DNA of 63,471 nucleotides, filler included, from Choristocarpus tenellus KU-1152 (lineage: Eukaryota; Protista; Phaeophyceae), in the NCBI GenBank assembly GCA_964200185.2. It is 8 parts of 8 records of this genome, joined end to end, with 100 filler letters (N's around TTAATTAATTAA, not from the genome) between each part and the next. Parts side by side here need not be neighbours in the genome. Positions count along the whole stretch, not along the records: positions 9,195 to 16,447 come from CAXNAD020006457.1; positions 16,548 to 28,955 come from CAXNAD020001848.1; 6 more parts are not named here. The stretch is one strand, 5' to 3'. Position 1 is the stretch's first letter; the number at the start of each line of letters is the position of its first letter. The notes beneath the pieces are model-generated. The model was not told the origin of the DNA and searched no databases. It saw nothing but the letters and a program-made list of their open reading frames with translations. Position numbers and translations under genes: made by a program. Shown here piece by piece: positions 12,601 through 24,800 of the stretch.

Positions 12601-14739
12601 CAACCTGACTGTGTAGTCCATGCTCCTAGGTATGGCTAAGCTACAGGCAGGCGGTGATTGAAAAGGCCAATGAGTACAGATACTTCGCATATGGTCTTGC
12701 AACACATTTTGGAGACCGACTTGAGGCCTTACCAGCTCTCCAGGCAAGGTTTACTATGTCTTCAAACTGGATGACCAGTAGTGGCTACATATTCAGTGTT
12801 GTGGAGACACATCCTTCTCCCTTCCATCACACCTACACAGCACTGGTCCCCTTGCTATTCCCTGAGAGCACCATTGGTACCCTTCCTTCTAAGTTTGAAC
12901 ATTTGGTTTCGCCCAAGAAAGGTACTTGGTCGGGATATCTATTACATTGTACATCTTTGGTTCGCCTCCTTATAGTAAGAACCGAAATACAATTAGGTAC
13001 CATCAAATATTAGGAGCAAGGTGGAGGGTTTGTGGGAATTTTCTGGACTGAATGTATCACATTATTTTACTCGATATAGAGTACTAGGCTATTCTATCGG
13101 TCCCCTCAATCGTATTGTTGTTGTTGCTGTTATATTGTTGTGTATTGTTTTTGATATCACTACAATATTTCTGTACGAAGCAGCATGCTCAGATATATAT
13201 CATTGTAATCATATTGGGTCAAAGTATCTGGAAGGGGGGGGTGGTTTGTGACGGGGTGTCCGTTTTGGTTAAACAACTTTTTTTGCAGACATTTCAAATC
13301 CGACACATGCGACCAAATCACACCAAAAAAGTGAAAATGGAAGAAAGGGTGAAAAAAGGACGCCGACACCCCCCCCCCCCGAGATACTTTGACCCATTGG
13401 AGGAGTCAAGTACATACCCCTGGCAAGTGCTAATTGTAGTGGCTCAATTGATATCAGTCCGTACAACGGACAAGTGACTGGTCACGAGCTATCTGTTGCA
13501 TGTAGTCTTGCATAGCCCCTTGCACAAGGTATCAATACATACTTACCTTGCTACTATTGAGAACAAGTGATATCATGATTGCTTCCCCTCCTGCTCTTGT
13601 TCTTGTTCACATCAATCCTGTCGATTACAGGCAGAGGCTAGGGCTTGCGTAATAGAGGGGTGTGACATGGACAAGATGGAGGAACGGGAGCTAAGGCTTT
13701 GCGATGAGATGGCTAGGTGAGTCTAGATGTTTCGGCTTGATAGGGCTAAGGAAGAAGCAGTGAAATCTAGTTAGTTGCTGATCTGCCTCCCCTTTCAAGT
13801 TCCTCCTCTCATGATGATCCATATGGAAAACTTGTGAGAGAGACTGGCAGGTTTGAAAAGATCGTTCATGGATGATGAGGTGAGGGGAGGGTGAGGATGA
13901 ACTTCCTTGCTTGTCTATTTATCACTATTCAGTTGAGGTTTATCCACCATATTCCTCATCTCTACTGCTGCTGGTCGATTGTTGTGTATTTTCATGACAT
14001 CGGATGTATATAGAGGAGCTGGACAATATTATAATAACTGATATTACATTCCACAAGGATTGGGCAGCATGGGTTGAAGTCATCCCTCTGCTGTTCTTAC
14101 CCTAAGCCTCTACTGTATCTTTTCAGATCTGTAATGGGTTCAGATACTCGATACACAGAATATATCAACTTAGTCTCACCCCTTTTGAAGTACAATAACA
14201 CATACATACATTCTCCCTCTTCTGGTGGTTTATGTTCGTGTGTGTCTATGTTCCATTCCAGATATCGAGAGGAGTGCTTGGCACTTGCTACAAACACCCC
14301 ACATCCTGACCTATGTCCCCTTGACTCTTCCCGCTTGGAGATGATAGCCAATCAGATGAGTTTCCACAATGAACCAAGGGGAATGGGGGTGGAACAGAGG
14401 AGGGAGGATAAGTTTGAAAAGAGGTCCCGCTTTTCGGTTGATCCCTCGTCTAAATGTGGTGGGACAGAGTCCAAGGAGGGAATCGTTCAAGCTGGCCCCA
14501 GTGGAGAGGAAGGGGTCAAGGGCGCCACTGGTGGGGGCAGGGGCTCTAGTGATTCTTATACGGGGGTGATATTAAGCCCACCTCGCGGTGGACGCTCACT
14601 GATCAGTGCAGACTGGGGCCCATCCATGGAAGACGATGAAGCAGGCATGAAGGAAGACAAGGATAATCTTATTAGGGGCATGAGTCGATATGGAAGTATT
14701 GAGTCACGGCATAAGATCCGACCATTTGAGTCAAGATGA
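9692..14739 (+). CDS. Ankyrin-repeat-containing protein, 3' part (5' end off contig)
   Basis: Exons 9692-9811, 10353-10460, 11082-11152, 11741-11840, (possibly 11947-11975), 12647/12651-12743, 13631-13716 and 14262-14739 chain in phase. The spliced product GDTGMHLALRLGSLKAAQ|VFAEEGGDAAITNSEGESVF is an ankyrin repeat. The donor at 12744 is GC. Confidence 0.75.
9989..10246 (+). mobile_element. MITE family A, copy 1 (intronic)
   Basis: TIR gagcgaaagtatcttagagggta ... taccctctaagatactttggctc; flanks agaa/agga. Confidence 0.9.
11311..11581 (+). mobile_element. MITE family A, copy 2 (intronic)
   Basis: TIR gagtgaaagtatcttagagggta ... taccctctaagatactttgactc; flanks tga(g)/tgag. Confidence 0.92.
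13216..13395 (+). mobile_element. MITE family B, complete 180-bp copy (intronic)
   Basis: TIR gggtcaaagtatct ... agatactttgaccc with subterminal G/C runs; flanks att(g)/attg. Confidence 0.9.
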
Positions 14740-14885
14740 ATAACAATTGAAATACCAAAGGTGGAGAAAGCGATAGCATCTTATATGGTTCCTCAGCTGT
14801 TCCTGTGAAAGGAGCAGCAAGCACATTCTAGGGGCTACATTTGGAGCGAATGTAATTATATCTTGAATTTGCTGAAGCAAGGATA

Positions 14886-16447
14886 TGTTAAGATTATGCA
14901 TTATATTAATGTGGGAAGATACATATTAAGGAGGAATCTTTCTGTAGAGTGATTAAGAGAACAATATCCAGGTTGTTGCAGTATCATAAGAAGAATCCTG
15001 GAAAAGGAATGTTGTAGCCAGTAACACAGATTGAGTGACGAGTTATTAGTGATCAGGGATGGGTGAAAGGTTTATCACTCCCCCCCGCTTGGATGGTGTT
15101 TCTCACTCCAACTTTCTACCTACTACAACATAAATGAGAAGGAATTTGTGTACATATTTCAACATCAAGACTTGGGATTCTACTCATTCTTTAACATATA
15201 GCTAGAATACTTTAAGTGTGCCGATATATCAAGAAAGCTAGTAGTAGAGGAGTTAGACGGAGTCCCGATGACATCTGCTGTCAGTAACGTGAACATGGAG
15301 GATGAAGATGTTGGGGTGGAAGTACAGGGCTTCTACGATGAGGAGGAGCTAGTGACGAGGGGGATTGGAACTTCCAGGAGGACTACAGGAGTGGACCTGC
15401 AGTGCCTCATCCCACATCCTTCAAAATTTGTGGTATATAATGGTGATGATGATGGGGAGGGATTTCCCAAGTACAAGAAACGATTGTTAACTTGTGCTGC
15501 CATGGATGGATGGATGGACGCACTATTCACTCGAGACCACATCAGGGTGGGCCTGGAAGGAAGCAACACGTCAAGGTGGACATGCCGGGAAGTACAAGAA
15601 GTCAGCACGGCATTGGTAACGACTTACGAGTTACCATTCATCACAAAGAGAGTGGAGAAGGGGAGACCAGTTCCAGACAACTACAGATCTATGATTGGTG
15701 GTATACAATGAGCTACTATCATGACTAGACCTGACGTATGCTTTGCAGTTAGAGATTGGCTTCTTGTGTGGAGAATCCTAGTTGGTCTGATTGGTATAAC
15801 GCTAGGAGAGTGATGGGGTACCTGTTGGGTACTAAAGAGCATGGAATTACCTTTGGTGACTTTGGATTGTATGGGAATGGGCCAAGGGATCAGTTATTTG
15901 GCTATACAGATTTCCCAGAAGGCAGTATCTGGTGGTAGAACTAAGCACATAGATATTAGGTACCACAATGTACGACAGCTAGAGAGGGAAAGGAAAGTGA
16001 AGATTGGATATGTACCTACGAGATTCCAACATGCAGATCTTTTTCGCAAGGGTTTGTCTAAGGAAATGTTCAATAGGCATACAAATATCATTATGGGTAA
16101 TGTGTGATGTGATGTGATGTGATGCGTTGTATTCGGTGATTATTGAAGTTCGACAAGAACTTCAAAGCAGGGGAGTGTGTTAAGATAGTGCATTAAATTA
16201 ATGTGGGAAAACACTTATTAAGGAAACAATCAGTTGTTAGATAATTAGAGTGTCGTTGGAGAACTGTTGGATAACTGGATAGTTGATAGAAATCTTTCTG
16301 TAGAGCGATTAAGAGAACAATATCCAGGTTGTTGCAATATCATAAGAAGAATCCTGGAAAAGGAATGTTGTAGCCAGTATCACAGATTGAGTGATGAGGC
16401 ATTAGTGATCAGGGATGAGTGAAAGGTTTATCACTCCCCCCTGCTTG
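14886..16447 (+). mobile_element. Internally deleted Ty1/Copia LTR retrotransposon
   Basis: LTR 14886-15196 (tgttaa...ttaaca). A second LTR starts at 16178, is cut by the gap and is preceded by the polypurine tract aaagcaggggagtg. The interior carries YRSMIGG, TRPDVCFAV, LFGYTD, RTKHIDIRYH and QHADLFRKGL, with stops and deletions. Confidence 0.92.
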
Positions 16448-16547
16448 NNNNNNNNNNNNNNNNNNNNNNNNNNNNNNNNNNNNNNNNNNNNTTAATTAAT
16501 TAANNNNNNNNNNNNNNNNNNNNNNNNNNNNNNNNNNNNNNNNNNNN
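16448..16547. other. Artificial contig-joining spacer
   Basis: N44-TTAATTAATTAA-N44. Confidence 0.98.
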
Positions 16548-16613
16548 TTCCTGATTTTGGTCCAAGTGGACACCCTGGTGTAGACCCCCCCTCCCCCCCA
16601 GATACTTTGGGTC
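16548..16613 (-). mobile_element. MITE family B-related end at contig edge
   Basis: C-run plus agatactttgggtc; the reverse complement is similar to 63402-63471. Confidence 0.8.
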
Positions 16614-16639
16614 TGATGAGTTGTGCATATCCCCAAATA

Positions 16640-17440
16640 TTGCCGTAGTTGCTGCTTTAGCATGACATGCATCAGCTAAGACAGCTTCCCTGGTGCACCA
16701 CTCATCCACAAAGCTCTTAGCACTGTCAGCCACACACATTCATATAACTTCACCTGTTTGTTGGTAAACCTAGTGCCGTATCTCTGAATGTAATCCCAAT
16801 TTTTTCTAGTTCATCTTGGGTGCACGTCCATTGGCTCTTCTCTTGTCCACCCAGCTTCCGTTTTCCAGGTGCAAGCTCACTAAATATGAACACCTTTGGA
16901 AGTCACTCATCACCTACGCATACAACTGACCCTGCGAATAGGGTCTCCATTTTGCACCTTTGGCTTGATACTCTTGAATCTAATATTCACAAGGGCATGA
17001 CTGTAGTATAGTAGAATGATTGGTGCGTTCCCGTTTGGGAAGGAGCAATTTGTTATGATGGGAGTGAAGGGTAACATGGTGGATCTGGCAGAGTGTCCAC
17101 ATTACACAACTAACCATCCATCCATGTAACAGAACCTCAAGCACGTCAGCTCTGTGCATTGGAATCTTAAGGTCAAGGGATACGCCTACGGTCCAAATAA
17201 AAAGCACTTGCTGCACTTGTCGAAACAGACCTGGACCTTTTCGAACCTTTGACTGATCTCCGCAGTGATATATCTGTGCCATCACTGATGGTGCCACTGA
17301 GGTAAACAAATTTGTCAGTATGCTTGTAGTATTGGCCCAACATCTCGATCTGCATTGTACCTGTGAACCCGCTTGGAGGTCGAGGGGACACGATTTTCGT
17401 GTTCAATTCCGACACATTCGCACCAAATGACCTCATGACT
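16640..17440 (-). mobile_element. 5'-truncated, degenerate RTE-like LINE (RT C-terminal region)
   Basis: NTKIV...GQYYKHTDKFVYLSGTIS, DVLEVLLHG...WTL and LFAGSVVCVGDE*LPKVFIFSELAPGKRKLGGQEK; frameshifts and stops. Confidence 0.85.
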
Positions 17441-18030
17441 TCTGGGTCATCTAAGTTTGTGTTTTCAAAGAAGAAAATCTTGTTTAATTATCGTCTTAAT
17501 CCCCGTGTCAATGATCTGCGATTCCAACAACCCTAACAAATGCTTGAGAATCGGTGTATCAAGATATTGATAATCATTACGTGACAAAAACCCAACCAAT
17601 CAAATCTTCTACCCTGGGTCATGGGGGTGTATCGACTTTTTTGACTTGTTGATATAGGAGGGGATGTGCAGGGGAACCAGTTCAGTGCTCCATCTTGCTA
17701 GCCACTACAACGGAGAAATCTACACCTCAAAACTCGTTGTAGCCGAGGAGTAGTACAACTTGAAGAGTGTACATCGAGTGCAGGACCTGGTAGATCCAGA
17801 CAGATAAAGCAAGCTATGGCTAAACAGGCAACCGAACTGTTTGCAATAGCAAACAATGGGATTACCTGGTCTCAAATAGGTGTAGCCAGACACTACGGTC
17901 AGATAGTGGCTACGCTATGGCAGTGGCTGGGAAAGGGTAGGAAAGTGTGACCAAAGCTGTTGTCTAGCTTCATCTGGTCATAGATTCAGTCGCCAAAGCA
18001 TTTGAATAATCTAACTGTTTTACCAATCCT

Positions 18031-18289
18031 GAGTCAAAGCATTTAAGAGGGTAGGGCCACGTCCGTTTGGAGTCCAAAATCCAATGTTGCAATTCTGATG
18101 TAATTTTGATTATCGTGTTTGTTAGGAAATGTCCAATATCCTTGTTCTGGATACACCTTTCATAGTTGTATACATCTTAGGTAACTGTGTTCACACAGAA
18201 AACCGAAAAAGGGCATAAAAAACAGTGGGAAGTCAAGTTCCGAATGGACAAACAGGGAAACCCTCCTACCCTCTTAAATACTCTGAGTC
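18031..18289 (-). mobile_element. MITE family A, copy 3 (reverse orientation)
   Basis: gagtcaaagcatttaagagggta ... taccctcttaaatactctgagtc; perfect TSD tcct/tcct. Confidence 0.88.
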
Positions 18290-21200
18290 TCCTGTACTGA
18301 AGAAGCAGAACATTATATGCAACTACATGTAAGCAAGTTGGCACAGAAGATGATCAAGCAAGCGAGTACTTGTAAAAAGTTCCACTGAGAATTGTGACAG
18401 CTTGAAGCCAAAACGAAAATCTTGATCTATCCTTCGCAAGCATGAATATAGGCATCATTAGAGGATATGGAGCCCAAACAAACAATCGTCTCATTCAATT
18501 ACGGATGAAGAAATCTCGTGCGAAGAACATCTGTAAACCATCTTCTTATCCACCTTGCCAGTTTTTCCCATAAAATAATAATATAAAATAGAAGTTGGCA
18601 GAGATCTCAAATGTAAGGGAGTGTATTTCTAATCTACAATAATAATAAAAAATCGAATACAAATCAAACGCTCCTCTACTTCCAAGACGTTCTTCAATCT
18701 TCTGGTAGTATGCCTGAATCAGACAATAACAAATCGGTGGGGTGGCCCTCCCTTGGTATGAAACAGTGTGTTATTGTGTGAAGGTAGGTGGTGCGTGAGG
18801 TAACAAATCTTTTTTAGATATCAATGAGATAAAGCAACTGCGAACACAAATTGTTTTGAGCACACCTCTACCTCGCACCTTTCTATCGACAGGAGAGCCA
18901 ATCCAATTAAGAGGTAGGTAGGACTGCATTTTAAGGATCCCAAGAGAGGATGAAATATGCCATTTTCTACAATCATAGAAAGAGCCTTTGCATAATTATG
19001 ATATCACTTTGTGTGTTGAAAGGGGGTAAATCGATTTTACGTTCACTGTTTTGCACATGAAGCAATGGAATGTAGTGTATTGTGCAGGACAAGAAATATG
19101 GCTTAGAATGCAAAAGGGTGCAAATCTGTCTACCTCTGAATTGGTTTGGCACTTGATTGATTGGCGTCATAAATGTGGTATTGAAAATTTGATTAGTTGA
19201 GTTCGAAGCAGTGTTGAATGATGCAGTTCAGTGATGATGTATTCGAATCTGCAACTTTGGACTGCTTGTGTATATTGTTGGAATGATGTCGATATTGAAA
19301 CAAATAAATTTCCACTTGTGATCCATTGACTCACATGTAATAATGTGAATACTACTGTTTTGTGGCTTGGTTCTGTGTGACGAGGGGTGATGAGAACCAC
19401 TAGAAATAAGGTTAAGAAAGGAGGTGAGAGATGGAGGTGAGCATACGTTGACAGGATTGGAATAGGATGTTGATCAATCTCCCCTGTGATTGGTGGCCAC
19501 CAGTCAGAACAGAAAACACGATCTTGGACTTTGCTTCTTTGAATCCACTGTCATGTCGGTGTTACTGCGGTCCGATCGTGCGTCTGACCCACACCACATC
19601 ACCTTCAATGGTCTCAGTGGTAAATGATGGCTCACTCAAATGCATACGACTGGGCGCATTATCCACATCGGTTTTAGAAGATCCCAAAGAAGGGGACGAC
19701 TCACTGACAAACATTTTTGAGAATAATATTGGAGGTACAGAGTTTCTTTGATACATAATTCTGTACATAGACTTCAAGAAGCGCAACCAATAGACATTTC
19801 TCCGCGTGCACATTAGTGTTCGCGCTCCGTTGTCGAGGGTAAGGCTCGCTCGCACGATTATTGTTTATAGTGTATACATATATACGTTACATTCATCCTT
19901 GTTCAACGGTGGTTTGAAGGTGGTGGCTATCGATTCAAAAATCAAGGATTCACACGACACCACATTATCCTGTTCCATGTGGCAAGGGTAACGGATTGCA
20001 CACCTGTACTATCCTGTCTGTGAATTTGGCAAAAAACACCATATCCAAATTGTCTTAACTTCGAGGTGGGTCCACCAGAAATTCTCGTGAGGAAACAGAG
20101 CGACGACTAGTAGGAGTGCTCAACACAATATATGCTAGAAACAAGGCAGGAACGGAGACAGTTCAGTGACACTTACTGCAACTATTAATAGTAAGTAATG
20201 CAGCGTGTTATGGCTTTGACCACAGGTTGGGATAAACCTGAGACTCGTGTGATGCAAAATGACTAAAAACAATATAGATGTACACACTTTGCACATGTGA
20301 GAGAGTCGCCCTAAAGGGTCACTAACACTTTATCCACTCCGTATTTTCTTATTTACATACAGCCCAAGTATGTAGAATACCTTTTCCCTTGTGAACTCCT
20401 GTGTCACAAGTCACTGTTGTCTACCAGAACATACCTCGTGAAGAAGGTTTATTCCAAATATACCGAAAAAGAAAGTCCAAACAGAGGTTTCCACACCTTT
20501 GTGAGCTCTGAAAGTACCATGCACACGATTTTCTCCACACCCTACAACTTTCATACAATGTGTGCTTGCAGACGTATTTATCAGCTTGGTTTGTGGCATT
20601 AATATTTTATACTCTATTTAACGTTTTACGCTCTCAGTACTTGTGTTTATTATTACTTAAGTGTTCCACGCATACTAGAGCTCTCTAAGTGCTGTTACTG
20701 TTACGGTTGTGCATTATATGCTGCAAATATTGAATACCAGGTCAAAGATACCCTTCGCATTTTAACCCTGTTTGTGTGTACACCTTTCCTTTTTGCAGCA
20801 CTTGGAAATTTGGAGCAAGAGAAACCCTGAGTTAGCAGTGGTCACCCGCTAGCTGTACGAAGACCCCGTCCTCAAATCATGTACTCTGGACTACATGGTT
20901 ATAATAGGCACACAATGATATATAATTATATAATCTCTTGCCATCCCCATGATGATGCTGAACTCCTCCCTCATTGTTGTCTCCACGAGTGTGCCAACTC
21001 GAGCTCTTACACATCACTATGTGATCTTCAACTGAGCAATGTACTCCAGTATTTACTTGTTGTGGAGGTGGACAGCTTATGCAGAGATGTGACTATATGC
21101 CCATTACTGCAAAGTAATGGTTAACAAAAGGCACACAAGGCACTGTTGAACGTTTATTCATTCCTGCTGCCAAGCTCATCCATTGAGTAGGCACTATCCC

Positions 21201-21844
21201 TGGAGAAGGATCATTGCAGATATTGGGTGTGATAAGTAAGATGGAAAGAGTGCAAAGAGCCAAAGCAAACGAGATGAAACAAGGTCTTAGGCGTTTTGCA
21301 TTTCAAGTCAGTATTTCAATCTATTTCAAGTTACCCATATTCCTATGAATGAAGAGCTTATTTTGACTTGAGACATTGATTTCTCTATTGTTTGAGACCT
21401 TTCGACAAGATGTAGCAAATATCCTAAACACATTTGTAAAAAAAAAAAATGCATATATTTGTAGGCATTATTAAAATGTAACTCTGGGTACCTCTCGTTC
21501 ACTTCGACTCAAAATGTTAAACAAGAGTTGAGCGACTAGAATCCGGTAGTGCCAAACACTATTGAAAAAATGTTTAGGAAAGTTTATAGACAGTTGAAAT
21601 TGATTCAAATGTGTAAAAAAATACCGATATATATATATAATGAACTTTCCATCAATTCTCTCTTTCAGAAGTTAGAGTACAAGTGAAGGGCACACTATGG
21701 AAGATGGACTTTATCAACCCCCATGGGTTGTCACCATACCGGTTTCAGGACATGGTCAGAGGATCTCAACTCGCCCCTGCCCCTACAGTTGCTCACTGAA
21801 GTGCATTGTGCAAATAATTAATATTTTATAACTGCAGTGCCCAC

Positions 21845-24800
21845 CTCGTCTTCCTCACTAGATCCTTCCCCTGTGACTGAGATTTCAAGATTTGCCACCG
21901 TGATGTTCCTTTCAATAACCTCTACCCAATGTGGTATTTCTTCCACACTCTTGAAGTGCAGAAGGAGCTTTCTGGACACAGACAGATGGGAAGGGATGTG
22001 TTGACATAACCTTGACTGTTGTCTGTGCAGGCAAAGAGCTCAGCCAGAGCAAACAAGTGGAAGCTTGAGGGTTCAACTATACAGTGCTGGAGTATGCCAA
22101 GTACTACAACAAATGCCTGGGTGTGATCGGCATTGTGCTCACTCAGAGGCAGGATGTTGAAAGTTCAGTGCCATGCGATGTTCCAGTCATTTTGAACTGC
22201 AAAAAATTCAGGAACACAAATTTATGTATATTTCGACAGCATTGTCATTCTTTAGCTGTGTTAAGACACTTTCAAAGGCATGCTCAACCTGTGGGCAGAG
22301 TCACAGCTCATGTAAATTGCTGGCCTTCGACTGTTGATCTTGTTGTGATGGACTGACCACCCTGCGAGAGTCATGGCCAACTGTGTGGCAGGGCATGGTG
22401 TTAATATCTCTAAACATCGACTATCAGGAGGTGAGGAGTAAATTCATAGGCGATGACTGGTTTATGTGTATTCAACTATGTGTATTCATTATGTGTGTCT
22501 GCCCAAGGGCACAGAAAATAGTATTATATTTTATTAAGAATCACTTCAAACCCTGTGAAGGAACTTATGGCAATATCCTCCTTGTAGTGCCATCTAAGAT
22601 TTTGTGGGCATTGTAATTTAAAAAAAATAAAATCCGGACTTCTTGTTCTACCATGCTCCGCGGTCTAAGAACCATAAAAATTTCCCAACAAGAACACAAT
22701 AGGATATAAAATTTGGTGTATTGGGTGGATAGTCGGTAAATTCCTGATTTCTACCCCCCCCCAAAAGAGGATCAGGTGAATGGTATAACAGAATGAAGTT
22801 GATCGCTGATGGTACAAAAAAATACACCCATGACATTGCCAACTCCTTGTTGCTCAATATCCCCAATCGCTGAACAAAACCAAACCCTATTGCTTTCATT
22901 CGTGATGATCTATGTATTGAACAATTAATGCTACTGGTACTGCTACTGCATAGTATCTAACCTCTGTTTAATATTATTAGACGGTTACCCTTTCTTCATA
23001 TAGGTTAAGAGGGGGTCATATCTATGTAGTGAGAGGAAGTATCTTAGAGGGCACGAGTTGTGCTCTGTTTGTCCGTTTGGGGCTTGGCTTCCCATGTTTT
23101 TTTTTTTTGACATTTTCCTAATCCAATTTTTTTTGGAGTACGTAAATTGTGTGTGTTGTGAAAACGTGTGACCTTAAAAAGGATATTGACACTTCCTAAG
23201 AAATACTATAGCCAAAATTATATCAAAATCACAACATTGGATTTTCGTCCTCAAATGGATGCGGCTCTACCCTTTAAGATGCTTTGACTCTAGTAGTGTC
23301 CCGCAGATACTATATATCCGTGTTTTTAAACTCGATTTTTTTCAGTATCCTCATCAGAAAAAATATTATAACCATTAGGTTAGCTACAACACGTGGATTC
23401 TGGAGCATGTAACTGTTTGAGCAACTCTCCCAGGAGAGTCATCCGCTTGTGTGCTATTGTGTGCCTCACTGAAAAGGAAGGTTCATGTATTGGCCCCAGT
23501 GAGCTCGGGCAATAAAATAGCTAAGTACATTGTCTACAAATAGCGGTAAGGACATTCTTCACTTCTTAGGGTTCACACGAAATGTAGCAATTCTGCAAAA
23601 ACCCAGTCCCACACAGAACAGGGGGAAGCTTACCTTGGGAAAGAGTTCACCAAACATTTTATAGAAAAAGAGCTGGCCCTTGTACAAGCAACACCACCAT
23701 GGACCGGAGGCATTATTTCCCCCTGTTGGACCACACACAACCACTGACCCTTGACCAGGGGTTTGAGATGGACTAGGTTCCTCTGAGTCATTTTGGACCA
23801 TGGAGGTAAGGGGGAGATTCTTCTTTTCTTTATTGATCTGCGGCAACATCAATTTCAGCTGGAAAAGAGGAATGGTATAATTATTTTTTGTACAGTATGA
23901 CTCTCCAGATGGAACTTAGTCAGTCTGCCTGCTAGGGCATGGAGAAACACCGCCGCCTTGTGCAAGTACTGGAAGGACATGATGCTGTTGTATGTAACAA
24001 AGTATGTGTTCAATGTTATCCAAGTATCAGAGCAAAAAGGGAGGGTTTGATGAAGGTCCAGTTGCAAGATTTGACCTCACTGAGTCAAGAATAGCTATCC
24101 TCTCTCTTCATACAGCAGCTCATGTAGAGTTTCTAGAGGAAGGTGGTGAAATCTCAAGAAATTCAGATTGATACAGCCATCCATTGCCAGTCGCCAGGGA
24201 GCTCGATTGGCTCTCACAGATAAGAATTGACAGTGGAGTCTATGAGTAAAAGTATCTTAGAGAGTACGAATTTTGTCCAGTTTGTCCGTTTGGTGCTTGG
24301 TTCCTTCAGGTGTTTTATGACATTTTCCTACTCCGATACTTCGGAGTAGGAAAAATGTATACGTTATGAAAAGGTGTGTCCGGAAGAAGGATATTGACAC
24401 TTCCTAACAAACATAATAGCCAAAATTACATCTAAATCGGAACATTGGGTTTTGGCCCCCAAATGGACATGTCTCTACCCTCTAAGATAATTTGCAGCAG
24501 ATGCTATAGGAAAGGTATAGGGGGTGGTGGACGCAGCAGTAAGTGTAACCCTCACACTGATGGAACAATGATATAACTGCCAAATTGAGCTAAGAGTATG
24601 CATGCATTTTCTTCAACTTTTCCTACCCCGTCTACCAACATGTATTTTCTACAAGACAAGATGACTACATGTACTCACTACTGTGCAAGAAAGAACCACC
24701 TGTTTCTTGGAAGCTTGCTTGTACTTGAACAGAAGAAACGACTGTACCTCACCATGGCACCTTAGAACTGCTGGTTTGATATTATTTTGAGCAAGTTAAG

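Noticed and set aside
17650-20060. Possible additional minus-strand gene of small exons (e.g. AYYQKIEERLGSRGAFDL)
   Set aside because: I could not build a phase-consistent model or recognise a domain.
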